Below, in pieces: positions 27,016 through 37,439 of a stretch of 64,000 bases of DNA. How positions within the stretch are numbered: position 1 is the stretch's first letter; every line of letters starts with the position of its first letter. A model generated the notes under the pieces. The model saw only the letters and a program-made list of their open reading frames with translations. It was not told the origin of the DNA and made no database searches. The DNA is from Ginglymostoma cirratum (taxonomy: Eukaryota). Location: the NCBI GenBank assembly GCA_024137785.1, contig JAHRHZ010000046.1, forward strand, positions 16,799,431 to 16,863,430, written 5' to 3'. A program made the translations under genes and the position numbers.

Positions 27016-30000
27016 GGCTAAGGAGAAAGGGAGGAGAATAGTGTCTTCGGATGTTATTCTTGATGAGCTGCTTCTGTATGCTATGAATATAGGTTTTACT
27101 GGTAGTTCAGATAACTCATTGGTACTTATGGAGAATGTAGAGCATTGCTGCCTTGTACTCTACCAGGGTTAAAAATGAATATAATAAAATATTTAATGCT
27201 GTATTGATGGTTATAACTTTTTCTTTCACTGAAAGGAGACATCACATGAATAAAGTTGGAAATGTATTTGAGAAAAATAAGAAAAATTAAACACAACTCA
27301 TGGCATAGTTCAGAACCCTATGTGGAGAATTTAAATCTCTTCAATGAACTCCATCACTCAGCCTTGCAGAGAAAGTAACTGATAGGAAAGAGAATATGAA
27401 AGTACAGCATCTCCTGTGTTTGGGAGTAGAGACACATATTCTTCCTTTTCTCCTTTGCCCTTCCCCACACACAGTGCAGCCTGACTACACTTGAGCAATG
27501 GCTGGCTATTCAACCAGTATACAGAGTTATGCAAGTACTCACTGTATTCATGTAAATACTATGTTAAAACAACTGTGCATCACCAATTTGTAACCCAGGG
27601 TATGATATTTTTGTCTAATAATCAAACAAGTGTCACTAAAACAAAATGCATTATAAACAATACTTACTTGAATAGAATGTCAAAATAAATCTCAGAATCA
27701 AATTTGAAAATCTTTGGAAGAAATCAGCCAATTTTTTTTACTTTAATGAAGTAATGTGAAAATCATGTGGATGAATAACAAATTAAGTAACAAGTCACTA
27801 CAGATTCTCTACAAATTAATGTGAGCCAGCTGTGTACGGACTCCTTGACCTATGTGAGAGTCACTGAAATGAAAAGCCAAGCAAATGGCTTCCTGTGCCT
27901 GGTCTGGCAGAATGTGATGCTGCAGTAAGTCCAGTGCTGGCAAGGCAAGGACAGCTGTAGATTATGCAATGAGCTTCAAGCTATTCTTAAAAGGAAAATC
28001 ATTTTCAGTATCCAAGAAATTAAGTATTCAATATTGATTCCAAAACAGAAGGGGCAAGCCAGTCTCCCAAAAATTCCAGGCTGTCATTCATTGAAGGTTA
28101 TATCGCATTTCATTAATAAATATTGCACCTACTTCAGTGGTGTGTAATTGTTTTGAAGTGCCCTAATTGTTTTGAAGCCTTTCTACAGAAATTCATGATT
28201 GAAAAATCAAAATGTCTTGTATGTATTTAAGATTGAATGAAATTTTGTAAACAATATGCTTGAAATGAAGCGCGCACAAGAGAAAACTGATGATGAATTC
28301 CTCAGGACTTGCTTGCAACGTAGTGTTTGTCCCTGAATCTTCTGAATACAAAAATAAATTGACAAGGGCAGTCAGAGGTTCTTGTCTATGAATCTCTGTC
28401 TCTTCTATCTGTTTCTGTACGTTTTTCCTATCCTTTTCAAAACTAAGATTAGGATTAGACCTTCACATGCACTATTTATTTATATTAGATGCTGTCAAAA
28501 GATTGAGATAGGTTGACAATGCATTCTGTTAACTGTTAATGTAGCATTTGGGGGAATGCTGTAGTTACCATCAAAGAATATTTGGGATTGAAAGCACAGA
28601 ATGCCCTGTTGGCTGTTACAAATTGATTATATTTTATAAACCAAAACCTTTTAAAATCTCATTGAGCAGGTTGATTTAATTAATTTGGAAGAATCTATGT
28701 AACCTAAACTTGGGATCCCAACGCTTGCTGATCTACCTAAGCCCCTGCTTCCCCAAAACAGTCAAATTAAAAAGTTAATCAATAGTTTTGTCGCCCTCCC
28801 CAACACTCCCTCCACCTTTTAAACTTAATTGTCTTACTAAGCTTTTAGTCACATCTTCTAATATCGTCCATTGATTAGCTGTCAATTCTTTTGCGTCTGA
28901 TAACTTTTTTGAGAACTACTGTCGGGCAATTTCCCTTTTATTGAAAGAATTTGATGAATACAATTTGTTAAATATGGCATTGACTTTAAGCTTGTTGCAT
29001 AGTGAAAGCTATTTCACAGGCAAAAGTAATTTCAGAAAACTTTTTTCAAAAATCAAGTCGACAAATTCTATACATTAAGTATTACTAAACTACTGCTGGT
29101 CTCACTTTGGTGGGCTTTATTTCTACTCTTCCGTACACTTTTTTTTTATCTGTTGCAATCCCTCCCCATCCCCTTTTTAAAAATAAGGGCAACTACTTGT
29201 GTAATGGGTGATTTATTCTTATAGAACTCTTTAAGGTTGCCAGGGCACTCGGGTGCACAGACAGATATATAGATGTCTGTTTTTAATGCCCACATTTCAA
29301 ATCCACTTTCATTCTTTGCTCTCTGAATGTTATCTTTGATCAGATGTAGCAATGTGATTGATAATTCATTGCAAATTAAAAGTAACAATGTTAATTAATT
29401 CACAGCAAAGGCCCATAGCACCTACATACTAGTACAGCTATCAGCTGCTGATGTTAGCGATTAATGTTCTAGAGTACGCTATGCTGAAGTAGCAGAACTT
29501 CAGCTGATTAGAGTGCTTGGTGCATCAGCTCCCAGTACCCCACCTCCTGATTTCTGCATAAAACACAATGGCACATTCATGATTACCATGCAAGACCAAT
29601 CATTGCTTAATCAACATCGTTCTTGTGGACCTAATTTAGTAGTTTAACGCTACTTATTTCTTTTGCATGGCTACTGTCCTATCCACCAGTGGGTTTATGA
29701 AACAGCAATTCCATTTCAATCCAGTCAGTCAACATTTAAAAAATGCATAATTAGCCAGCCAGTGCTCTATGCGTGCTAATGTTGGATTAGCAGCACAGTC
29801 AGCAGATGGATTACAATAGTAAAATTCAAATAACTTTTACAAGAATAAAGATTGATATTCATACATTACAGCAATTGGTGCAAACTGTTGAGTTTTCTGA
29901 TTCTTAGTCCAAAGCAGACATGAGTGGAGGGATATATCATTTAAACCATCGATGTGTCCACAGTTTTAAACCTGAATTTTCTAACCTTGCCAAGTAGGAA

Positions 30001-30519
30001 TGCTTTTTGTAATTTTCTTTATGGCTATCATTTTCAAAATGATACATTTTTCTCCCTGCAAATATCCCCACCACCTCTAATTTCCAGGTACTGAGGCATT
30101 GGATCATGTTTTTAAATAAATCACTGGCAATGACAGAAGATCAGTAGAAAATTTTAATATAGTGTCAGTTAACCTTTTCAATGCTAAATGTCCTTCACAA
30201 TGTGCAATTGACATACTGCAGCTGGAATCTGCCAACAATAAAACGAAGTACTTATAATGGTGAAAAGTAGAATGCAGGGTTTGAGAAACAGCCAACATTA
30301 CGTAATGTTTTATAAATCATTGTAGCCTTGACAAATGCATTCTATTCTTGTTGAAGTTGTGAAAGGGTTACTGCTTCATATTATGCCCAGATTCTCCCCC
30401 TCCTTTTTCCCTTACTTTGGGTTTACTGCAGTTATTTTCAGAATCCTGTGTCAGCAGTGGTTTCTGAAGAAGTTCCATACTGCCTTTCAGATCAAGTAAT
30501 GCTCCTACCTGTTCTTCCC

Positions 30520-30563
30520 ATATATATATATACACACCACACACACACATACACCGCGCGCGC
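30520..30563. repeat. Alternating purine-pyrimidine compound repeat (TA)n(CA)n(CG)n
   Basis: ATATATATATATACACACCACACACACACATACACCGCGCGCGC. Confidence 0.85.
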
Positions 30564-30789
30564 TCTTACACAATTTGCATCTAAAAGCAAGATTGTGTCT
30601 TACAGTAATTAGCAGACTCATCCACACTTCCACCATTTTATAGAATTCACAGTAACACTGGATGCAGAAGTGTATGTTTGTACAGAATCATAGGGTTGTC
30701 TTGTAGTGGAACGAACCCTCGCTGGTTTCACCCGGATGCAAATGTTGTCTGGCGATTTTTCTTCCATTATAAATTAAATCAACTCTTCT

Positions 30790-31226
30790 CAAAAAAAATC
30801 CCTTTTTTATTGCCTTTTTAACATTTGGCACAGTACAAATTGGTGCTTTTACAAGATAAACCTGTAAAGTCTGGTATTGGGCTTAGAAAGAATTTCCGTA
30901 TAAATATGTTTTACTGCATCCTCCTAGCATTGGCTTTAAAAATTACAGAATGCCCTTTTAAATTGGTTCGGCCCCATTTCTTTTCCCCAAGTCATGAAAG
31001 CATCTTGCTTAGTCTCTTCTTAAACATAAGTTACAGGTTAGAAAATAGTTTATTTTTATATATATATATATAATCACTTTTTTAAATCAGCCATGGTTGC
31101 TTTGATATAAGCATATACAAGAAAACAGTCTGAGTTTTGCACTTTTTACAAAATTCTGACAACTTGTGCATTCTATTGCATTATATATATATTTTATATA
31201 TATATATATATATATATGTACAGAAG
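30790..31226 (-). promoter_or_regulatory. LRRC4: Proximal LRRC4 3'UTR with candidate poly(A) signals and RBP/miRNA sites
   Basis: Follows the stop codon. AATAAA on minus at 31054-31049 and 30811-30806; Pumilio element TGTACATA 31222-31215; seed matches listed in findings. The true 3' end may be further downstream. Confidence 0.6.
31182..31217. repeat. Interrupted (TA)n just 3' of the LRRC4 stop
   Basis: Direct reading; second (TA)n at about 31057-31072. Confidence 0.9.
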
Positions 31227-33125
31227 TCAGATCTGAGTCTCCTGAACTTTCTCCTTGGTATGTGTTTGTATAATAAAGGGCTCAGGTATTGTAGTGTGGA
31301 GCGAGTTACCCAGGCTGTTCTCTGTCCAGTGAGCCCCGTGTGCTGGTTTGTACGTGTTATAGTTCATGTGGTCGTGAACTGAGGGCACTACGACTGCTCC
31401 TTCTGATGGTGTGATGTCCTCGCCCACATTAATGATCTCTATAGTCCTGGCTGCCGCCACCGTGCTGCGTTGTTGATGCCGTTTGCGAAGTTTGTAAAAG
31501 ACTATAAGCATGGCAGCTGCCAGCAGCGTCACCGCAACGAAACAGCCGATGATGATCTTCGTGGTTTTCATAACTTCGTCTAGGCTGGTGCGGGTCGTGT
31601 CCATGGTGGCCAACGTGGGGATCACTGGCACTGTTTTTGGATTTCTTGCACTCTGTAACAGCACTGTGGGAGTGGAGATGAATGCTGGCTTGTAAGTGGG
31701 TGGGGTCGACAGAAACGGTGGTACTTTAGTCCTAACGGTGTCGGGCGTCGTTTCCACGGTAACTGTTGAAAAGTAGGTGTAATTTGATGTGTTGATCTCT
31801 GCTATGCTTACTCTCAGGAAGGCTGATGCATCAGCATTTCCTTCCACATTGGTGACCATACATTTGTAGGTACCAGCATCTGTTATTAAAACATGCACGA
31901 AGTATAGGGTTCCATTGTTAAATACTGATATACGCGGATGTGTCGATCCATGACTCAATACCGTGTTGTTCGGCAATAACCACCTGACGGATGACATGGA
32001 AGATGTTCGACATTTCAATTTGGCTGTTCTCCCTTCAGAGATGTTTAGGTTTTGTGGCGGTTCAACAATGACTGGCCGTGAGCACTGTAAAGTGGCCTTG
32101 TCTACTTCGGTCAAGTATTTCCCCCTCATGTGAGGTGGGGAATGGCACCGGCCACAGCAAGTAGAGTTCGTGGGGATGTACTCCCTCAGCCACCAAGCAA
32201 GCCAGAGGATATCGCAGTCACAATTCCATGGATTATGATGTAGGTGCAACTCCACAAGGTACTTCAGTGGTGCAAACAGATCATGTGGCAGCGAAGTAAG
32301 GTTGTTATGGGCCAGATTTAGCTCCACCAATGCAGTGAGGTCATCGAAAGCATTTCGTTCAATCAGATTTACTTGCGAGTTCATAAGCCAGAGCTTTTTT
32401 AGTGATTTTAGCCCCTGAAATGATCCTGGTTTAATTGCTGGGAAGTGGTTGCTAGACATTTCCAATTCCTCCAGCCTCACCAGTGGTGAGAGATTAGGCA
32501 TATCCCTCAGATTACACATCCCTAGGTTAAGGTATTTTAAGTTAATTAAGCCCTCAAAAGCACCATCCAGGATGTACTCTAATTTTCTAAGCTCTCCCAA
32601 ATCCAGACGCAGCAGTGATGGCACCCTGTTAAAAGCGTATGATGGAATGCTTTCAATGGGGTTGTTCCTGAGCCACAATTCACGCAGCTTTGAAAAGGAC
32701 TCAAATGCGCCACTTGGTATCACAGTCAGCCTGTTCTCAAACAACTCCAGTGTGTTAAGGCTAGTCAATCCATTAAATGCACCAACCTCTATTTGCCGGA
32801 TGGAATTCCGGCCGAGTTGCAAGACCTCCATGTGGTACAGGTGTCGGAATGTGTCTGCCTTAATGAGCTGGATATTGTTCTCCATAAGGTTGAGGTACCG
32901 GGTATTAGAAGGGATCCCTTGAGGGACCTCTTTGAGACCACGGCGAGTGCAGACGACTTTGCTGAAGTGATTACTGCAGGAGCAGATAACTGGACAACTC
33001 TGTTCTCTGTTTGACGCTTCGCACACACTCCACATCCGTACCGTGAGGTAGACGAGAAGAACCAGGGCAGCATTCCAGGTGTGATGCACAGTTACCTGCC
33101 ACAAGAGATTCATGATGTGGCACAT
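31227..33125 (-). CDS. LRRC4: Leucine-rich repeat-containing protein 4 (NGL-2): signal peptide, LRRNT, LRR array, LRRCT, Ig domain, TM helix, C-terminal PDZ-binding motif; CDS in one exon
   Basis: 632-aa ORF. N-terminus MNLLWQVTVHHTWNA matches human LRRC4 MKLLWQVTVHHHTWNA. Also CSCSNHFSKVVCTRRGL (LRRNT), HHNPWNCDCDILWLAWWLREYIPTNSTCCGRC (LRRCT), SLDEVMKTTKIIIGCFVAVTLLAAAMLIVFYKLRKRHQQRS (TM) and KVQETQI terminus. In-frame TGA (33128-33126) directly precedes the first ATG; conserved Met is at 33113. Confidence 0.97.
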   Translation of the reverse strand: MCHIMNLLWQVTVHHTWNAALVLLVYLTVRMWSVCEASNREQSCPVICSCSNHFSKVVCTRRGLKEVPQGIPSNTRYLNLMENNIQLIKADTFRHLYHMEVLQLGRNSIRQIEVGAFNGLTSLNTLELFENRLTVIPSGAFESFSKLRELWLRNNPIESIPSYAFNRVPSLLRLDLGELRKLEYILDGAFEGLINLKYLNLGMCNLRDMPNLSPLVRLEELEMSSNHFPAIKPGSFQGLKSLKKLWLMNSQVNLIERNAFDDLTALVELNLAHNNLTSLPHDLFAPLKYLVELHLHHNPWNCDCDILWLAWWLREYIPTNSTCCGRCHSPPHMRGKYLTEVDKATLQCSRPVIVEPPQNLNISEGRTAKLKCRTSSMSSVRWLLPNNTVLSHGSTHPRISVFNNGTLYFVHVLITDAGTYKCMVTNVEGNADASAFLRVSIAEINTSNYTYFSTVTVETTPDTVRTKVPPFLSTPPTYKPAFISTPTVLLQSARNPKTVPVIPTLATMDTTRTSLDEVMKTTKIIIGCFVAVTLLAAAMLIVFYKLRKRHQQRSTVAAARTIEIINVGEDITPSEGAVVVPSVHDHMNYNTYKPAHGAHWTENSLGNSLHTTIPEPFIIQTHTKEKVQETQI

Positions 33126-33200
33126 TCATAATTCACCATAGTCTGGGTTCGGCACTGATTTGAAAATCGGCTCTACCCCGGCACAGCAGGCAACCAGTGC

Positions 33201-33282
33201 CTTTAGCCATCGACAATGAGAGAGGGAGGGGAACGGGGTGGGGGAAAAGAAAGATGCAATGAGGACGGCCTGTCACACCTAC
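33201..33282 (-). other. LRRC4: Probable 82-nt intron in the LRRC4 5'UTR
   Basis: Minus strand: GAG|GTAGGT donor at 33282, pyrimidine tract (TCTTTCTTTTCCCCCACCCCGTTCCCCTCCCTCTCTC), acceptor TAAAG|G at 33201. Coding exon would start 87 nt above the conserved ATG, in line with the non-coding first exon of mammalian LRRC4 (recalled). Confidence 0.65.
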
Positions 33283-33699
33283 CTCTACAAGAGTGTAGTT
33301 CCTTTTTTTTTCTTGCACTAGAAACTAGTGCTATTTTTCCTTCATCATCCTTAAATAAAAGAAATCACAAAATGGCTCCTAGTAAATCCAAACAGTAGAA
33401 AGGACCAACAGAGAGGTGAGGCCCAATCGGCTATGCAGGTGCATGCATCCTCTCTACCCCAGAGAGTAGCGCCATCAACAGTCGTGGTGTTTGTCCTCTG
33501 AGTTGAGAAAGCTGTTGAGCAAGCTCCATCGCTCGTGTAGAATCCAAGCAATGCGAATTATGTAGATTTTTTTGTTGTTTATTCCCCACCTTTTTGCTGC
33601 TGCAGTCGATCTTTCTTTCTCAGTGTATCCACGCTCTCTGGTCTGTTTCACTCTCTGCCAAGATCGGCTGATTTAAAATCAGCTATGAACAGCACATTG

Positions 33700-34700
33700 C
33701 AGTCAGTAGCTTAACTAGCCAGTTCTCCACCAGTAGACGCAGCAGCTGCAGGCTGCCTCCCGCACAGTTAGCAATAATCCGTTGATTGCTCCGGGGGGGG
33801 GGGGGGGGGGAGAGAGAAGCGATTGGGGAAGGAGAGATTGCTGGAGAGCGCTCTCTTTCTCTCACTGATGAAATGGAAAGCTTCAGTGATGAGCTTTTTG
33901 TTTTGGCAGAATCAGCATCACAACAGAAGGAAAGAAAGCTCTTTTCTCTTGCCTGTATTTCATAGGGTATCCTTTTTTGTTTTGAGGTAGTGAATTGTGG
34001 CAGCTTTTCTTTTTAGCCTTTTGTCCTGTTAATAAGGTCTTTGTTGGCTAGTGACTGCAACAGCTGCAACAGGAACCTCTGTCCGCCGGAACGTTTCCTT
34101 TCTTTCTTCGGTCATTCTCGCTTCTCCCTCTAACAGTGTTGCAGACAGCCACACAGGCTGCGCTCTCATCCCTTTGTCCTTCACTCTGAACGTGAATGTA
34201 TTGCTGACGCATGTCGTAATAAGCAGTACATTGGTGTGATGCAGTACTCTTGTATGTATTGATAAACCCCCGCGTCCCTGACCTCCCCAACCCACCCCAC
34301 TCTCTTCTCGAGGGATTAATTATAAAAGCCTCCAGGAATGCTTCCTTGGTTTAGTGGCAGATTTTTAAGAGCACATATAAACTCTGGTAGGCTCTCTCCC
34401 TATGGCTTCACCTGTTTTAGTTTCTTCAGAGTGCCTTTGATGTGGCAGCCTACTCTTTGAAGTAACCAGATGTGTAGCTGTGATTTAAGCCAGTTTACTG
34501 TCCTGTGATTCCATTGGGATAAATATGAATTGATGTTTCGGCTGCTGGAGGCCGGCAGGATGCAATTGGTCAGCTGGCTGCAAGTGTTACGTCATTCCTG
34601 TAGTGCTGAGTTGGCTGCTCTGACGGCAAGGCTGTCTGTTGGGAGTTCAGAGAAATATTCTGCCTGCATCGCAATGGAGAAGGGGAAAGAACCAAATTGG
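33700..34700 (-). promoter_or_regulatory. Putative LRRC4 promoter region
   Basis: Locally GC/CpG-richer and repeat-free. CCAAT on minus at 33826-33822, G18 run 33793-33810, CRE-like TGACGCA 34205-34211 and TTACGTCA 34587-34594, TA-rich box near 34315-34327. TSS cannot be determined from sequence. Confidence 0.5.
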
Positions 34701-36164
34701 AACCCTTAATTCTGACATTTAAACACAATTCAAAAACAAACTACCTCTTCAAATTTTTAATGTTCCTCTCTTTACCTTTTCATTTTCTTGCCTAAATGTA
34801 ATATCAGACTACTTGCTACAACCATTAGTCTTGTGTGATTTTTAAATATTGCGTTACGATCATATAGTTGTGGATCAGCTATTCCATACCGCATCTTTTT
34901 TTCTACTGAATCCTACTGTAGTGACCGATCTGTTTGTACTTCTATTTGTGCACGTTGAACTGAGGATGCGATTTTTGATGATTGGCGACTCCACATCCTA
35001 CGTAGAATGATATTTATTTATATTTTGAAGGAGATTGAAAGAGCCATTTAGAAGACTTCCCTCACTAGAGGACTGAGCACTTTGTCACTTTTTTTGGTCA
35101 ATTATTGCTGCCCATAACCCTTTCCACCCACTACTCCTCTATTTGGGTGAAGATGTATGGTCATGATTAGAAAAATATCAAGTTGTTGTCACAATGGAGT
35201 GATATTGCATTGTGCAGAGTTTTAAATTGGAGCTTGACTGGTTCAAATTCAACAACAATTGCTCAGATCTTTCAGTCTCTGGATAATCTTCAAGGTGCTC
35301 TTGGAGATCTTCACCAAGACCAAGTGAAAAGTTCCAATGCGTTTACTACATGGAATGTTGAAACTCAGCTAGGCAAATTTACCTGGTGCTTGATAATCGT
35401 CATCTTCTCCAACTATGAATTAAATGTTTGAGACTTCTGATTGGCTTAGTTGAACAGATAGCCAGGAAAGGCTGGACACATTAAAGCCTGCCGTAACTCT
35501 TGGCAAGCTGGTGACCTTCCAGTGATTCATATTTACCCCCTCCTTGACACCTGCTTATCTACAGCTTTAGCCTCCACCTACTTGGTACCTGCATGCATTT
35601 GCTCATGTGGTGCTCCACTCCATTAACCACTCTCTGAGCATGTTCAAAATGTGCTTGAAACCTTTAAATCATTGAGTACAAAAGTAGTGTTGAAGAAAGG
35701 GGACATGGCTTCAGCACCAATCCAGTCTATTGCTAGCTGTAAGGATTCCTTGCCTGGACTAGACTGCTTCAGCCGGAAAGTCTCTTGAACTGGAAGTTCA
35801 TACTGAGAACTCCTCAAAAGGTAAGTGTACATTTTTTTAAAATCTTGACTGGGGTTAGAAATAAAGTTTTTGATGCTATCAGAAGATTTGGGCCATTGCT
35901 TTTTAGTTGTATGCTTATTGTCATGAAAACCCGACCAGTGATGGATCAGTTTCCTCCAGTGCTTTAGATATCAAATGTACATGTTTACATACCAGAACTT
36001 TCATGTATGAAATGGTTTCTGAGTGACAACAAAGCCTTGAATTAGTATTGCTTGTTAAGCTTTGGAAGCACAGCTATCAGAAGGAGTGAAGATTCCGCTG
36101 GATGGTGCTGTTTTGAATGAAGTTAGAGATTTAAGCAGAAGTTAGTCTCCCCTCCTATAGAAAA

Positions 36165-37290
36165 AATTGGAACAGAGGAGCAGGACTAAGCCATTCAGTC
36201 CATTGAACTTGCCACACCATTTGATATGGTCTCTCCCCACTCCTCCAATCCCATAACTGCATACACTACAGTAACCACAAATCTATGAATGACTTTCTTA
36301 AGCTTACTCCAACCCTGAGCCTGTATAGCCCTTAATGGTAGAAAATGCCAAAGGTTCCTGACTGAGTTTAAAAAAAAAAAAATTCTAATTTAAGACCTAA
36401 GTGCCATCTCACATTCTCGCTCTCACACACGCACACATGCGCACACACTCCAGCCTTGCTTTAGACTCGCCAACTGGAGAAACAGTGTGCCTGCATCTAC
36501 CCTGTCTATCCCTTGAAATATTTTGTGGATTTTATTGAGATCACCTCTCATTCTTTGAAATTCCAAACAATACATGTCAAATTTGCCTTCTCTCTTCAGA
36601 GGACAGCCCTGCCATCCTGGGAGCTAGTCTGTTTTACATTTATTGCACTCCCTCAATAGCAATGATATCTTTCCTGAGATAAGGAGACCAAAACTGAACA
36701 CTCGCTTCAAGTGCCATCTAATTAAGCTCTTGTACAATTGAAGCAATACTTCACTACTCTGGTACTCAAATCCTCTTGCAGTAAAGGCTAACTATTTTTT
36801 ATTTAACCAATTTTTCTAATTAAGCTGTTCAGAGATGAACACCTCTGGAGCAGGTGGGGTTTGAACCTGTCTCTCCTGGTCAGGGTTAGGGACAGCACCA
36901 CTGCACTACAAGCATTCTTCCCAGTGGCTTACTGCACCTGCATGGTAGCCTTAAGTGATTTACCAATAAGGATACCAAGGTTCCTTTGATATGTCTAAAC
37001 TTTCCAACCTTTTACTGTTGAAGAAATACTTTGTACATCTGTTTCTCCTACCTAAGTGTATAACCTCACGTTTTTCCACATTACACTCCATCTGCCATTC
37101 ACTAAGCATGTCCAAATCGTTGGTCTACATCATCTTCACAACGCACATTCCCACTTAGCTTTGGATCGTCTACAAATTTAGAAATGTTATGTTTGGCCCC
37201 AAACTCCAAATCATTGATATATATTGTGAAACGCTAGGACCCAGTTACTGATCCCAGAAGCCACAGCTTGTTAATTCGAGAATGACGCAG
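36165..37290 (-). mobile_element. CR1-clade LINE 3' fragment with a small tRNA-like SINE insert (about 36825-36920)
   Basis: GCCATTCAGTCCATTGAAC..CACCATTTGATATGG 3'-end motif; GGAGACCAAAACTGAACAC (VQFWSP on minus); TCGTCTACAAATTTAGAAAT (ISKFVDD on minus). Confidence 0.8.
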
Positions 37291-37439
37291 TGAACAGGCA
37301 GCCCAAGAATCCACCAGCAACTGGATCCAGCCTGTATGGCAGAGGGTTATCATAAACATCTCTACACTTTAAAGCGAGAGCAATTCCCTATTTGTTGAAC
37401 CTTAACACCACTGCAGTTCATTTTACAATACAATGGTCT

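Noticed and set aside
26024-27172. Cluster of S/P/L-rich ORFs
   Set aside because: Stop codons are rare in a C/T-rich tract; low complexity.
29483-29504. GCTGAAGT-AGCAGA-ACTTCAGC hairpin as a miRNA
   Set aside because: Only an 8-bp stem; no known mature sequence recognised.
31510-33073. ORFs overlapping LRRC4 (31510-31695, 32449-32922, 32793-33014 on plus; 32789-33073 on minus)
   Set aside because: Shadow frames of a real CDS; no independent protein features.
35710-35730. REST/NRSE site
   Set aside because: Only the left half TTCAGCACC; no GGACAG half at canonical spacing.
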